From: Macrostomum lignano
Taxonomy: Eukaryota
Assembly (NCBI GenBank): GCA_002269645.1
Contig: NIVC01000544.1
Location: 310,001 to 374,000 of the forward strand
Length of the DNA: 64,000 nucleotides
Direction of reading: 5' to 3'
This document shows, in pieces, positions 29,101 to 42,889 of the stretch. The position numbers and the translations under genes are program-made. Position 1 is the stretch's first letter. Every line of letters starts with the position of its first letter. The notes beneath the pieces were generated by a model. That model did not search any database and had not been told where the DNA came from. It saw only the letters and a list, made by a program, of their open reading frames with translations.

Positions 29101-31136
29101 CGATTCGTTGTCGCCTTCGGCGGCGCGATCCTGGAGATCGAACTCGCGACCTTCGGCAGTGGGAGTTTCGCCAGATTGGGTATTGTTATAGTGTTGAACA
29201 AACGGATTTGGCGGCTCAGTCTCCAGCTGGGCCTGCTTGTCCTCGAAATCTGGTCGCTTGCGGCGGATTACAGTGGCCTGGGGCAGTCCCTGGATCGGGA
29301 TCAAGGAAGTGTTGGTGTGTTTAAGTATCTGCTGAAGTGTATTTAAGTATTTGCTGAAGTGTGTTTAAGTATCTGCCGAAGTGTGTTTAAGTATCTGCCG
29401 AAGTGTGTTTAAGTATCTGCCGAAGTGTGTTTAAGTATCTGTGTTGGTGTGTTTAAGTATCTGCCGAAGTGTGTTTAAGTATCTGCCGAAGTGTGTTTAA
29501 GTATCTGTGTTGGTGTGTTTAAGTATCTGCCGAAGTGTGTTTAAGTATCTGTGTTGGTGTGTTTAAATATCTGTGTTGGTGTGTTTAAGTATCTGCCGAA
29601 GTGTGTTTAAGTATCTGTGTTGGTGTGTTTAAATATCTGTGTTGGTGTGTTTAAGTATCTGTGTTGGTGTGTTTAAATATCTGTGTTGGTGTGTTTAAGT
29701 ATCTGTGTTGGTGTGTTCAAGTATCTGCCGAAGTGTGTTTAAATACATGTTTTAGTGTTTTTACGGTATTTTTGGTGAAAAAAATTAAATTTTTTATTCC
29801 TTGAAGATCTGCTATGTAACAAAAAACAATGTACTACTTTTTACTAAGTAGTAAAATTCTCTCTGGGTCGCTGATTCGGTAATACTCGTAAAGCTCGATA
29901 GTGTAAATGAAAAACGATACGTTTGTTTTAACGCGTACCGTTTCCGGATTTACACTTTCTAACTAGACGTAACAAATGGAGATATTGACAGAAATTTAGT
30001 AATTTTAAAATACATATAATAAAAAAATACAAGCAAAGCAAAGAATCTCCATTCTATCATTGCCAAAAACATTCTGATTGGCTACCGATCATTTCTAGAA
30101 TTGTCGCTATTAGACGAAACAGTTCGTCACGTGACTGCTCCTTAGCCAATAGCGACAGACACAGCAATTATTATGCAACTTTCTACCATCTAACCTTAAA
30201 CGTCATTTTCGGTCGTTTCACAGAGCCTCCGTTAGCGAATTTTATTTGGAAATTTCTTTCAGCTCCTTGAACAGCCGTGTCTTCAATCATCTTCTTGAAC
30301 TGGGCATTGCGCGACGCCATGAGATAGGTGTCCGGATGGAATACGGTGTCAATCACTAGGCAAGTTTGCTTAGACTTGTCCGTGTCCTCTCTTGGCGGTG
30401 CAAAGCTATGCGGTATGGACCAATTGCCGCCGACTTTGCCATTCTGTTCGGTGCGCTGCATAGTGGCCACTTGGATCTTGTCGTTTGTACAGATGTTGAT
30501 GAACACCTGTTGGTGCAGAAAACAAGACGCATTTGATAGTTTTAAATAGGGTAACGCGGTGCCAGCTGGGCGGACAGGCTCAGGACAGGCAAACCCGGAC
30601 CTCTCTGGTGTTTTCAGGCCTGAGAATCTCTGCCAGCTCGTCCGCTACCCTAGGGGCTACTGGGCGAGCGACCATCCACCTCCTGGACTCTATGGGCGAA
30701 AGCGGAATTGCCATACTGCTATATCCAGATGCCCAGAACTCCCTGCAAGCTGAGTCTAAGAAGTTCGTAAGGCTACGGAAATCTATCCTACACTTCTATC
30801 TACCTGTAGTGTGTAGTATATGTTAAGTAACAAGCAAAGCCTAACCTTTTTTCCACTGGCATCCTTCAGCTTCAGAACGTGACCAGGAGTTGGATGAATG
30901 AACTCAACATCCATGCCTCGCTCCTCTTCTAGTTGAGCAATCTCCTTCTCATAGAGGGCTCTCTGCTCCGGATTCTGCAGTTCCTCAACATACTCTTGGA
31001 ACAGTTTGCGAAATTCTTCTTTTTTAAAGGCTTCAGTAAATCTGTTAATCTCCTCTGGAGTCATATTGAGATCTTTGAATACATTTCCACTGCTGCCACT
31101 GTTGTCTTTGTTGCTATTGGCCATTGTTTGAGCCAT
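26196..31136 (-). CDS. DNAAF2: Protein kintoun (dynein axonemal assembly factor 2, PIH1 domain), about 876 aa
   Basis: Phase-consistent exons 31136-30846, 30506-30195, 29289-28926, 28356-27758, 27389-26842, 26712-26196. Kintoun hallmarks: FKKEEFRKLFQEYVEEL.NP..RALYEKEIAQLEEERG, FIHPTPGHVLK, VFINIC, WSIPHSFAPPRED, VFHPDT, LPYPV..GSAKFD, basic RKKRQKQRE and C-terminal IFELDD. Confidence 0.93.
28437..28878. repeat. 16-bp G-rich minisatellite (gggactgtggggtgat) in kintoun intron 3
   Basis: About 27 tandem units with G3-G4 runs. Confidence 0.94.
29310..29745. repeat. 22-bp minisatellite (gtgtgtttaagtatctgccgaa / ..gtgttg) in kintoun intron 2
   Basis: About 19 tandem units in two variants. Confidence 0.94.
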
Positions 31137-33002
31137 TTCAGAAATTTGTAGATATTAACAGCATTTTATATTACTAAAAGTAATATAAATATCTACAATT
31201 GTCTAAAAATACATATTCTGTTATAAAAAATATAAAACACAAGTTCTTTCAAAGTAGAAACTATGTATAATGAAATCAAAAAATTATTGTTATAAAACAA
31301 TCAGCAACAAATATATCATAGATAAATTTGTATTATTGTTTTAAAAGACAATGTACTAATATACTACTAAATGTTGTACTTTTAGTAGTACTGTCCAAAG
31401 AAGTTTTAATTATAGTAAGTAAAAGTATGCATGATGATGAGGTTTTTTGCAGGTTAATTAACTCACAATTAACAGTCAAGTTAAGAAACAGAGGAAATTT
31501 TTGATTGAACAAGGCAAGTTTGAAGAAAATTGGTTGAGCCATTTTTGCTAAAATTGATCACATACCTAACTATCTACCTAGATAGATACCAATTTTATTA
31601 AAAGCTATTAAAACTTGTGGATTTTGAACCTGCTAAATTTTAATCATTGGAACTATTTTTCATCATTGGGGCATGGGGCTATGGGGCCTAGGGGCCTACC
31701 TAAATCTACAAGTGTAAAGCCAAACTAATATCATTCTAAAACATAGAATAGCCCTCCAACAGCCAAAGTAGTGCCAGAAAATCTGTGCAATAGGTTTAGG
31801 TAAACTTTAGCCTTGAGCTCCTATTGCGTCCTGCACTGAAGTTTAAAGTTTTACCAAATATAGCAATTGATAAAAGCCTTTTCTTTTTTCTTTTCTCACT
31901 TTTTCATTTTCTCTGTTTTTTCCTCTCTTCCCATTTTTTGTCTTATCGATTTTTTATCTCCTCTCTCCTCTTCTTATCTTTGTCACCCACTCTTCCCTCT
32001 CTCCTTTCTTGTTTATCTTATCTCTATTCTCCCATCATTTCTCTCCCCTCCTTTTTTCCCTTCTTTTACCTCTCTTTGCTTTCTCTTCTCTTCCCTTTTC
32101 TCTCTTTTATATTCTTTTATCTTTCTTACTTTCTATTTCTATTCTTTTTTATTGTCTACTCTTTTTACTTTTATATTCTTTCTTTTGTGCAGGGCCCCTC
32201 CCAATTTCTTTATAAAGTAGTCACCATTTAGTCAATTTGAATTCATGCCAAAACTAAGAAACATATTTTCTATAATATTTTGCACTAACAAATTTTGTTT
32301 AAAACTGTAGCAAATTTTAGTATAAATAGAAGCGTTTTTGGCAGAGGAGAGACCAACCTCGCGCACCGCAGTTCACTAACAAAATAGTTGATAACGAATA
32401 GTAAGAGTTCCAAAAAAATAAGAATTGAAGAAGTGTTTTCTGTGTTGATTCTTTTTAAGAAGTAAGAGTGAAATAGACTGAAGCGTATACAGTACATACT
32501 ATTGAGAAGCAGCAGTATTGAGTAGTAAGAGAATACGAAGTAGATCTGAAGTGATACGTGTAAGAATAACCGGAGGCTGTGACCCTCTGATCTCGGTAAC
32601 GCCCAAGGACTTGCAAAGTACATGAAATATATATACCAGTATAGCCGATAGACCACTCAGGCCAGAATAATAATAAACGCTACCAGAACAATAGTAAACG
32701 CTACCGGAATAACAAGAGAACGATAACACTTGTAAGGGCTAAAGAATATTCTAAGAATGATATACTAAGAATAAATACTCAGACTGAATACTCAGACTAA
32801 ATACTCAGACTAAATACTAAGATATATACTCAGATCAATTCTAAGAAACATTTCTCGAATTATTCTAAGATTGATAAACTCATAATTTATTAATAGGATA
32901 ATCCTGGTGGCAGATACCAACTTAAAAGATTAGTTTAGCCCTTTGACAACTTTGGTGGCAGCTAGTAAGGCTAAACAAGAGAACAAATAAGAGCCCTGGG
33001 AC

Positions 33003-33738
33003 CCCTATTGGTGCAAGTTTTCAGACACTGTGGACAGTGCATCTAGTGCGCCATGGCAATCATAAAGTGGCCTGGACGGTGCGTCATGACAATCTTCAAA
33101 TCCTAAGGTGGTATGGACGCCATAGTCAGGAAGGTGGCAGAGTGTGCGCCGGAACAAATTTTGGCCTCTCCCAAAATTGTGCGCCGTGCGCCGACACAAA
33201 AACCCTCGTGTGCGCCGTTGTGCGCCCGCCACTACCTGCCTTGCGACAATAAAAGACCTTTTTTTACAACATAGCAACAATTTTTGTGCGCCAATATACG
33301 GGACGGTTACGGGCTATCTATATTATATTATGAGAAATTGAGATCGTTAAACCAAAAATAGAAATTTAAAAAATTTTTAATTAAATTTCTAATTTTTAAA
33401 ACAAAACAAACATAAAAAGTAAGCAAATGGCAAAAACAAAGGTAAAAAGGAAAAGGAAAATATTTATTTTATTTTTTATTTTTTGGTAGAATGCAGTGTT
33501 ACATTAGATAGAACAGTGAATAGTGTACTGTAACAAGTAACGACTTACATCGTTACATGGGATCGCCACAAGGGTAACGCTGCTGTATGTAGCGCGTGAT
33601 GTCCTCCTTGCATCTTACCTGTGAGCTGCTGTGCGTCATGGCGCATGGCGCGCGTAGCGCGCCATGCGCCATGACTATGAGGAAAAAGAAAAAGTGCGCC
33701 GGACGCCGTCCGCGAAAATACCACTTATTCCAATAGGG
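33003..33738. mobile_element. Non-autonomous DNA transposon with short CCCTATTGG TIRs and an 8-bp TSD
   Basis: TSD CCTGGGAC at 32995-33002 and 33739-33746; termini ccctattgg..ccaataggg; internal gtgcgcc repeats; a GC-richer island inside AT-rich DNA. Confidence 0.7.
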
Positions 33739-36700
33739 CCTGGGACAGCTTTTGGTAACAACAGTGGGATATTAAGAAGGAAGAATCACCCCTGTTACAG
33801 CTTTTGGTGTCTCAGCAGTTGAGATTTTCTAGAGAGAGCTGAAACCCCTAGTACAACTTGGTGGCATAATGGTGGAATTCTCATAGAGAGCCAAAAGGCC
33901 TATTACACTTTTTTAAACATTATTCTATCTTACCCTTTCTCTTTTCTTTCTTTTCTCTTTTTCTTTCTCTTTTGACCTAGATATAATCATAAGCTAGGCT
34001 GCTAGATTCTTTATATTTGTCCTTAAGATTTTTATAGGCCTATTGCAATATAGAACATATATAAAAATTCAAATTATAACTATAGCTAAGCCTGATTATT
34101 ATAACTTAAAGCTTTGACTTAATTTTCAAATTAGAATTTTGATTTTTCTATATAACTACACATTATAAAGGAGTCAATGAGATAGCATTTCTAACTGCCA
34201 TTGCATTATTGGGTATTGGCTATTCCGGCTGAGTCCTGAGATAGGTAGTTTGTATTTTTTTCAAATACTAGGGCTTAGGCCTATTGTCAATGACCTTTTT
34301 TATCCTTTAGAAATTAGAACTTTATGATTAACAGAAAATATTTGTTTGTATATCTAGAAGTTGAATAAAAGCAATATCAAAAATACTTTTCACTATAAAA
34401 TTTCATGAAAACACAAACTATCTTATATACTAATATAGCTAAGGCCAAATTTATAAACTTAAAATGTAAAACTCTAATTCTAAAAAATAATTGTGTAAAA
34501 ATGAAGCTTTTATTTTTAGTCACCATAACGCATAAGCAAAGAGGAAAAAGGTTTTTTTAAACCAATGGAAAATATTTATTACATAATTTCATTATGATTA
34601 TTTGTTAGGCCTCCTAAGTTAAGTAAGCTGATATGCTTTATTAAAAAGATACACCAGTTTACCTATATTTTTCAGCCAAAAGAATTCAGGAAATGGAGAC
34701 TTTCCACCACACTCTTATATAACGTTCTAAACTTCTAAGTTTTATCATTTTAGTTTAGTTTGCGGCGAAATTCCATTTTATAGAAAAATGAAATATTTAA
34801 ATTGTAGGGTTTCAGCTGTTTTACTTCAGAGTAACAAAAAAAGAAAACAATCGCACATTAAACTTTTTTAATTATTCTATTTACTATACGTATGTATTTT
34901 TTATAATAAACTATATTCTAAGATAGTACCTCTTTTTATTTCTATTTGCGAAATATTTCGTCAATTGCACGAAAAAGTAATGCTTACGTTGTCAACTTTA
35001 TAAGCATTTTAGGCATAGGCTCAATAGGCTCAAGGCTAGGCTATGCTTAGCAGTCTTAGCCAAGGCCTGGTGAACAACTGTCTGTATAGATGCATCTCAC
35101 AATCTAGACATATTAAAGCCTCCAAAGCCATTACCTTAGGTATCCTTACAACCTAAGGGAAAAATGATTTATTTTCACTGACTATAAAAGTATAATTTGC
35201 ACTGCAGGAATAATATTGTTTTAATTTTTAACCACATCTGTCAATATGGTCTATAGGCCTAATTTGTCAATATCTATCACAACACAGTATGTAAAAGTAG
35301 ACTGGGGCCTAGGCCCAGAATTTTTATTTGTCAAGGACAAAAGAACATTAGTAGGGCATAGGGCTATGTCATAAAATGAGGCAGGACTATTAGCTAAAAA
35401 ACATTTCTAGTTCATTTGGTATTTTTATAGCAATACACAGTATTTATAAATATAAATAATATGATCAGGCCTATACAATTCTTTCTAAGTCTGTTTTTTT
35501 GTCATATAGCCATAGCATAGGGCCTTGGTCTAGAGTCCTAGACCAATTTGAGATTTGAGATTTTTAATCTTATATTATATGGCTAAAAGCTATAGTATAG
35601 GCCTATAGGGCATATTATAATTTTTAATTTTTTAATTAAAAATTAAAAAATTATAATTTTTTATAATTTTTTAGCATGCCAATGCTAATGTCATGATACC
35701 ATAGGCCTAATTATTATTTTGTTTAATTTTAACAATGGTTATTTACTTGTTTTTAAGCCAAGGCTTATTTGATAATTAATTAGATTATATAATCTTTAAT
35801 AGGGTTCTAATTTATGATTTCAATATTTTATCTTTTGCTTAGGCTTATGCTTATAATATACTATATAGGCTAGGTTTAATGCCTTAGTATATATGCTAAT
35901 GTTTATTTGAGTTAGATATTTTATTTATAGTAAAGTCAAGAAACTAGCCTTTTCATTATCATTTTTGCTTAGGTTTCTATCATAGGTAAATTGTATTTTT
36001 AGTCAAAAAATATGTCACATGGCTAAGTGCAAATGATGGGAAAGGTTACAAATGCATGCTTTTGCATATAAGACAACTTTGCTAGCATAGGTCTACATGG
36101 TTTCTGCATGAATTCTATGAATTGATAGTTATAATATAAACTTTGTTGTATAGTATTAGTATATGTTTAATAGTTTGGTATAATTAAAAATTTTATGACA
36201 TGTATATATATGTATATATGTTAAGGCCTATTATTCTATAAGCTAATTGAATCAAAAAAGGTAGCAATAGCACTCTAGTTGAGCAGTCAGCTGCAACAAT
36301 GTGCCAAATAGCATTGCAAATTCTATGTTTAACAGCACTAAAATTGCCATTGCCTAGACTAAGGTATATATACATATGTAATATCTGTCTAACCTAGTCA
36401 ATCTAAATTACTAAAGAGGCCACTAGCCAAAGTACAAATTACACAATCAGTTGCTTCAAATGCAAGACATGATAGAAAAGAAAGACAAAATAAGGAGAAA
36501 TGAAACATAAACAGAGCAAGCAATAATCAATTAGTCAATTAGCCTAATTGGAATCACCTAAGTTGCATGTTTCGTATAAAACTCTAAATAAATATGTTTA
36601 TTTAGTCTGCAGCCAGGCCCAAGTCGGGAATAAATCTTGCTAGACCACAAACTTCAGTTTACCTGGAACATTCATTACTTCCTAATACATCATCACTACA

Positions 36701-36779
36701 CTGTTTTGCATTTGCAGATTGTAAGGAATTTACTTAGGTAGGCTTTGATCACCAGACTTCCAGAACTTAACCCAATGCA

Positions 36780-39700
36780 ATGGCATCAATGGACAGGTGT
36801 CTAGTAACTTTCTTTGGCGATGGAGACAACGATAGCGATACAGACTGTCAGAGTCTTACACCAGCCTCTTATAGCGGGTCTAAAAGAGCTACCACAGCTG
36901 GTGTAGAGATTTCTAACCAGTCTGCAGACTGCTTCAAACCCCAGCGCCGACAATCAGCTAGGGCTGAACGGCGTCGGTTAAAACGAAACAGTAAAAGTTC
37001 TTATAATACAGAAGAAGACGACGATCGCGTTCAGAGCAGCAACTTAACCCGATCTCAGACGATGCACTGTAGCAAAAGTTGCGGTGAATTGTTGCCATCC
37101 AGTCTGCCGCCGGAGAATGATGAAGGCAACATTGAATACAAATTGAAGCTTGTTAAACCGACCTCCTCGCGATTGGAGCATCTGGTTACGCAGTTGAAAT
37201 GGCGATTAGCGGAAGGTCAAGGCCAAGCTGTCTACGAATTGGGCGTTGAAGATAATGGGGTGGTGCTAGGGCTCACCAAGATGGAGCTAAATGAGAGTCT
37301 GCGCACTTTAGAGGCTATGTGTCGCCGACTTAATGCTAAATATACTATTCTGCGTGAACGACAGGTGAGTGTTATTCAAGAAATACATGTGACTGAAGTC
37401 AATTCTCAGTGATACTTAAAGGTCTAGGTAGCTGGTCAACTCAGTCCATGATACTCAAGGTTGAGATTTGAGATTAGCCGAGGTCAACTCAATCCATGAA
37501 ACTCAAGGTTGAGATTAGCTGAGGTCAACTCAGTCCATGATACTCAAGGTTGAGATTTGAGATTAGCTGAGGTCAACTCAATCCATAAAACTCAAGGTTG
37601 AGATTAGCTGAGGTCAACTCAGTCCATGATACTCAAGGTTGAGATTAGCTGAGGTCAACTCAGTCCATGATACTCAAGGTTGAGATTAGCTGAGGTCAAC
37701 TCAGTCCATGATACTCAAGGTTGAGATTTGAGATTAGCTGAGGTCAACTCAATCCATAAAACTCAAGGTTGAGATTAGCTGAGGTCAACTCAGTCCATGA
37801 TACTCAAGGTTGAGATTAGCTGAGGTCAACTCAGTCCATGATACTCAAGGTTGAGATTAGCTGAGGTCAACTCAGTCCATGATACTCAAGGTTGAGATTT
37901 GAGATTAGCTGAGGTCAACTCAATCCATAAAACTCAAGGTTGAGATTAGCTGAGGTCAACTCAGTCCATGATACTCAAGGTTGAGATTTGAGATTAGCTT
38001 GAGGTCAACTATCTTCACCTAACTCTCATCCTCCAGATTGACAACGGAACGCGCAAAGCACAAGAGATTCTGATCCGCAGATTGCCAAACGACAACATAG
38101 AATTAGTAGAAAGTCGTTTAGCAGTACTTGGTAATTTAGACGCCGGAAAATCCACGTTGTTAGGCGTGCTAACCCAAGGAGATTTGGACAATGGCCGGGG
38201 CAGAGCCAGATTAAATTTATTTCGTCATCCGCATGAAATTCAAACCGGCTATACGTCGAGCGTAAGCTCAGAAATTCTCGGCTTTGATGCTCGCGGAAAT
38301 CTGATTAATTATAGCGGCAACAGGTGCGTTGAGGATATACTTGACGAGAGTAGCAAATTGTATAGGCTAATTGATCTAGCAGGTCATATCAGGTATCAGA
38401 AGACTACACTGCGAGGCCTTATTGCTCACGATCCGCATCTGGTGATGCTGGTTGTGTCTTCCGTGACTGGACTGACGGATATGGCTCAGGAGCATGCGGC
38501 ACTTGCGGTTGGATTGCAGGTGATGAGGGCTTAAGTTTTTGGTATGTATCTGACTGGATTAGCTGTTATCTTACGGGTGATTCTTACATGATAAGGATAA
38601 GCTAAAATTGTTTAGCTACAGGTTTGGATTAACCAATTCAGCTACAGGTGAGGATTAGCCAATTCAGCTACAGGTGAGGTTTAGTCAATTCAGCTACAGA
38701 TGAGGATAAGCCAATTCAGCTACAGGTGAGGATAAGGGGATTAAGCTACAGGTGAGGATTAGTCAATTCAGCTACAGGTGAGGATTAGTCAATTCAGCTA
38801 CAGGTGAGGATTAGGGGATAAAGCTACAGATGAGGATAAGCCAATTCATCTACAGGTGAGGATAAGGGGATTAAGCTACAGGTGAGGATTAGTCAATTCA
38901 GCTACAGGTGAGGATTAGTCAATTCAGCTACAGGTGAGGATTAGGGGATTAAGCTACAGGTGATGATTAGGGGATTAAGCTACAGGTGAGGATTAGGGGA
39001 TTAAGCTACAGGTGAGGATTAGGGGATTAAGCTACAGGTGAGGATTTTGAGATTAAGCTACAGGTGAGGATTAGGGGATTAAGCTACAGGTGAGGATTAG
39101 GGGATTAAGCTACAGGTGAGGATTAGGGGATTAAGCTACAGGTGAGGATTAGGGGATTAAGCTACAGGTGAAGATTAGGGGATTAAGCTACAGGTAAGGA
39201 TTAGGGGATTAAGCTACAGGTAAGGATCAAACCTATACTAAATCCGACACCTCTCTCTCCTACAGGTGCCCTTCATAGTGGTGATCACGAAGATCGATCT
39301 GTGCGATCACGGGCCAGTGCTGGCCTCAGTTGAGGCCTGGCTGAAAGCTACAGGCAACAAGCGAGTACCCCTGGTAGTGCAGACCAAGGATGACGCAATC
39401 ACAGCTGCAGACAATATTTTCCAAGCTGGCGGCAGTGTCACTCCGGTGTTTCCGCTGTCCTGCGTCACAGGCTCCGGCTTGTCTCTGCTAACTGAATTTC
39501 TCAACGTTGCCCCAACGAATCCGCAGTCTCGAATCGGCCTCGGTTCGAGGCATCTTCAACAGCAGCAGCAGCAGCAGCAAAGATTTGCTCAGGAATTCTG
39601 CGTTGACAGCGTGGCGTCGCTGTGCGGCTCTGGCAAGTTCAGCTACGTTCTGTCTGGTCCGGTGTTGAACGGCCAGCTGCGAGAGGGCGAACTGCTTAAG

Positions 39701-40843
39701 CTTGGGCCCGGAGTTGACGGGGTCTTTGTTACGGTGCGGATTACCGGACTAAATCGGAATCGGCTGCCCTGCGGCGCGGTGCAGGCCGGGCATTGGGCAT
39801 CTGTGACTGTCTGTCTGCAGCTGGAGGACAGGTAAGTGGCTTAGAAAATCGCCCTAATCTACCGTGAGAATCGCCTCTCCAATATTACCGTGAGAATCGC
39901 CCCTGATCTTACCGTGAGAATCGCCCCTGATCTTACCGTGAGAATCGCCCCTGATCTTACGTTGAGAATCGCCCCTGATCTTACCGTGAGAATCGCCTCT
40001 GATCTTACCTTGAGAATCGCCCCTGATCTTACCTTGAGAATCGCCCTCAGTCTTACTGTCAAAATCGCCCCTGATCTTACCGTGAGAATCGCCCCTGATC
40101 TTACTTTAAGAATCGCTCCTGATCTTACTTTAAGAATCGCCCCTGATCTTACCGTGAGAATCGCCCCTGATCTTACCGTGAGAATCGCTCCTGATCTTAC
40201 CGTGAGAATCGCCCCTGATCTTACCGTGAGAATCGCCCCTGATCTTACCTTAAGAATCGCTCCTGATCTTACTTTAAGAATCGCCCCTGATCTTACCGTG
40301 AGAATCGCCCTCAATCTATCTTACCGTGAGAATCGCCCTCAGTCTTACTGTAAAAATTGCCTCTGATCTTACCTTAAACTCCGCAGAAACTGGGGCTCGC
40401 ACTCGTTGCCACGCGTAGCTGAGAGTTTCGCCAGACGGGGCGCCTTCCTAATCCCATTGAATAGCCATCCACCAGCTGTGCTCAGCTTCAGCGCCGAGGT
40501 GGCGCTGCACTGCCGACAGCGCGGCGGCGGTGGCCTCAGCGGCGGTCCGCTCCGTCACAATCAACCGGTGAACATCCTGTGCGGAATTGTCTGCCAACAG
40601 GCCATTGTTAGCAATGGATTTTTAGCATCAGCATCCGCGTCATCAGGTTTGAATTCGAGTAAACGGCGTCAACAGCAACAGAGGCGAATGGACTGCAGTG
40701 TGGCCAGTCCAGTCCAGGTTCACCTGCGATTTGCCAAGCAGGCCGAACTGTTGCGACCGGGCGATCGTCTCGTGCTTCGCAGCGGTCACCGACTGCTCGG
40801 AGTTGGTCGAGTATTGCAAACAAACAACCTGTTAGAGAGCTGA
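36780..40843 (+). CDS. GTPBP2: GTP-binding protein 2 (translational GTPase, eEF1A/HBS1-like), about 696 aa
   Basis: Exons 36780-37364, 38037-38519, 39266-39831, 40387-40843 (phase-consistent). LPPENDEGNIEYKLKL, LKWRLAEGQG, G1 GNLDAGKS, TQGDLDNGRGRARLNLFRH (GTPBP2- rather than GTPBP1-type), G3 DLAGH, G4 TKID. Confidence 0.93.
37425..38010. repeat. 41/48-bp minisatellite in GTPBP2 intron 1
   Basis: Unit gagattagctgaggtcaactcagtccatgatactcaaggtt, with or without an extra gagattt. Confidence 0.94.
38610..39226. repeat. 26-bp minisatellite (ctacaggtgaggattaggggattaag) in GTPBP2 intron 2
   Basis: About 24 units; most contain CAG|GTGAG and many contain TTAGGG. Confidence 0.94.
39845..40375. repeat. 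24-bp minisatellite (gtgagaatcgcccctgatcttacc) in GTPBP2 intron 3
   Basis: About 21 tandem units. Confidence 0.94.
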
Positions 40844-41047
40844 CCGATCACAGGGCGGGCGCGTTGGAGATAAAGATGCTTTAGTTTGTTCTAGTTAGTC
40901 CCTCGTTGTGTTTAAGTAGCCCTGGGCAAAAAAACCTGCCATTAGGACGCACTCACTGCTTATAAAGTTCGTGTCTTACCGCACCTTATTGGTTTTTTTG
41001 AATAGAGTTGTTACAGATGCGAAATGCGATTCTAATTCAGTCTTGCA

Positions 41048-41700
41048 GATCCCCAGTTGGTGGGTCAGCCTCCCAGATCCTCAGTTGCTGGGCCAGCCTC
41101 CCAGATCCCCAGTTGGTGGGTCAGCCTCCCAGATCCTCAGTTGCTGGGCCAGCCTCCCAGATTCTCAGTTGCTGGGCCAGCCTCCCAGATCCTCAGTTGC
41201 TGGGCCAGCCTTCCAGATCCTCAGTTGCTGGGCCAGCCTCCCAGATCCTCAGTTGCTGGGCCAGCCTCCCAGATCCTCAGTTGCTGGGCCAGCCTCCCAG
41301 ATTCTCAGTTGCTGGGCCAGCCTCCCAGATCCTCAGTTGCTGGGCCAGCCTCCCAGATTCTCAGTTGCTGGGCCAGCCTCCCAGATTCTCAGTTGCTGGG
41401 CCAGCCTCCCAGATTCTCAGTTGCTGGGCCAGCCTCCCAGATTCTCAGTTGCTGGGCCAGCCTCCCAGATTCTCAGTTGCTGGGCCACTAGGCTCCCAGA
41501 TCCTCAGTTGCTGGGCCACTAGGCTCCCAGATCCTCAGTTGCTGGGCCACTAGGCTCCCAGATCCTCAGTTGCTGGGCCACTAGGCTCCCAGATCCTCAG
41601 TTGCTGGGCCACTAGGCTCCCAGATCCTCAGTTGCTGGGCCACTAGGCTCCCAGATCCTCAGTTGCTGGGCCACCGTCCCAGATCCTCAGTTGCTACGCC
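41048..41700. repeat. 28-bp minisatellite (cagttgctgggccagcctcccagatcct) 3' of GTPBP2
   Basis: About 23 units, with a variant block at the right end. Confidence 0.95.
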
Positions 41701-42889
41701 ACCCTCAGCCTCCCAAAAAGACTTCTAAAATAAAAAATAACGCGTAAAAAGTAAATATCCAGTATTTATAACATTATGCATATTGACTCTTGGCAACTGG
41801 TTTTAAGTATCAGTAATTAGTGTGTAATATATATATTTAATTCAGAGATCTTTCACTGGTTTTGCGGTTTAATCATTACAGATGAGTAAATACCTACGAC
41901 TAAATTGCGTTCGTATTCTTTTCCCACTGTGCAGGTTTCTGTCTGAAAAAAACACATTGTTTAATAACATTATCTATTATATGTGTACTGAATCATGTAA
42001 TCTGTTTAATGTCTTTAGGAAATCTGGAATCAAATATTTTTATGCTGTCAAGTTTAAACGAAATTCTGGGCTAGCAACATTTATTTTCATATATAGTCTG
42101 TGATGTACATCTATTTGGGTTAATCTATATTATATAGATACTTATATATGCAGCTATTGTATACATTGCTTTATTACAAAAGCTTATATTAAGCTTAAAA
42201 ATATTTTTCTTTTTTTACTAACGTTATCTCACTGCATATTCGCAGAAAAGTATACTTTTAGTGGTAAAAATGAGAAAAAGGCGCGTAAAAATATACAAAT
42301 ATTTTACTTTCATATTTGTTTTCGTAGATATTGCAGAAAATTTTACTTTGCAATGTTACTTTGTTTACAATATAAATATATTTTACGCTTAACAATAAAA
42401 CAATTATAAATAATGTGTTAAAATCATGTATATGTTTTTGACTAGGATTTTATTGACTTATTTAATAATCAGAAAGCTGAGATTCAATCTTAATGAAAAC
42501 ATACGCAAAAGTGCTACTAAGTGTACATGTTAGTAGTAGTATGAGATTATAATTAAATTTAAAACGTAAATATCTGTAAATTTGCATTTTATTTCTCTTG
42601 AGAGTCGGCTGCTTGTTTTAAATACCATCTTTAACTGCTGGTGGGTCTTCCATATTTAGTTGGAGTAATTCACTGAAATTACATAAAAATTATTTGCAAA
42701 ATCCACTGTAAATTATTAATAGTAGTGAAATGCAACAAATAAACTTACGGCATTTGCTGCGCCTGATCAAAATAAGGCAGCTGATTAGTGCAGAGGCAGC
42801 GGCGCTGTGTAAAACTGAAATATAGATAACGATGTTCATATACACGTAGTGTTATAACTATTCTAGCAATTTGCGCCCCCGTTAAGATT

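Noticed and set aside
31824-32231. Hydrophobic F/L/S-rich ORFs resembling membrane proteins
   Set aside because: Low-complexity CT-rich DNA with no splice or codon support.
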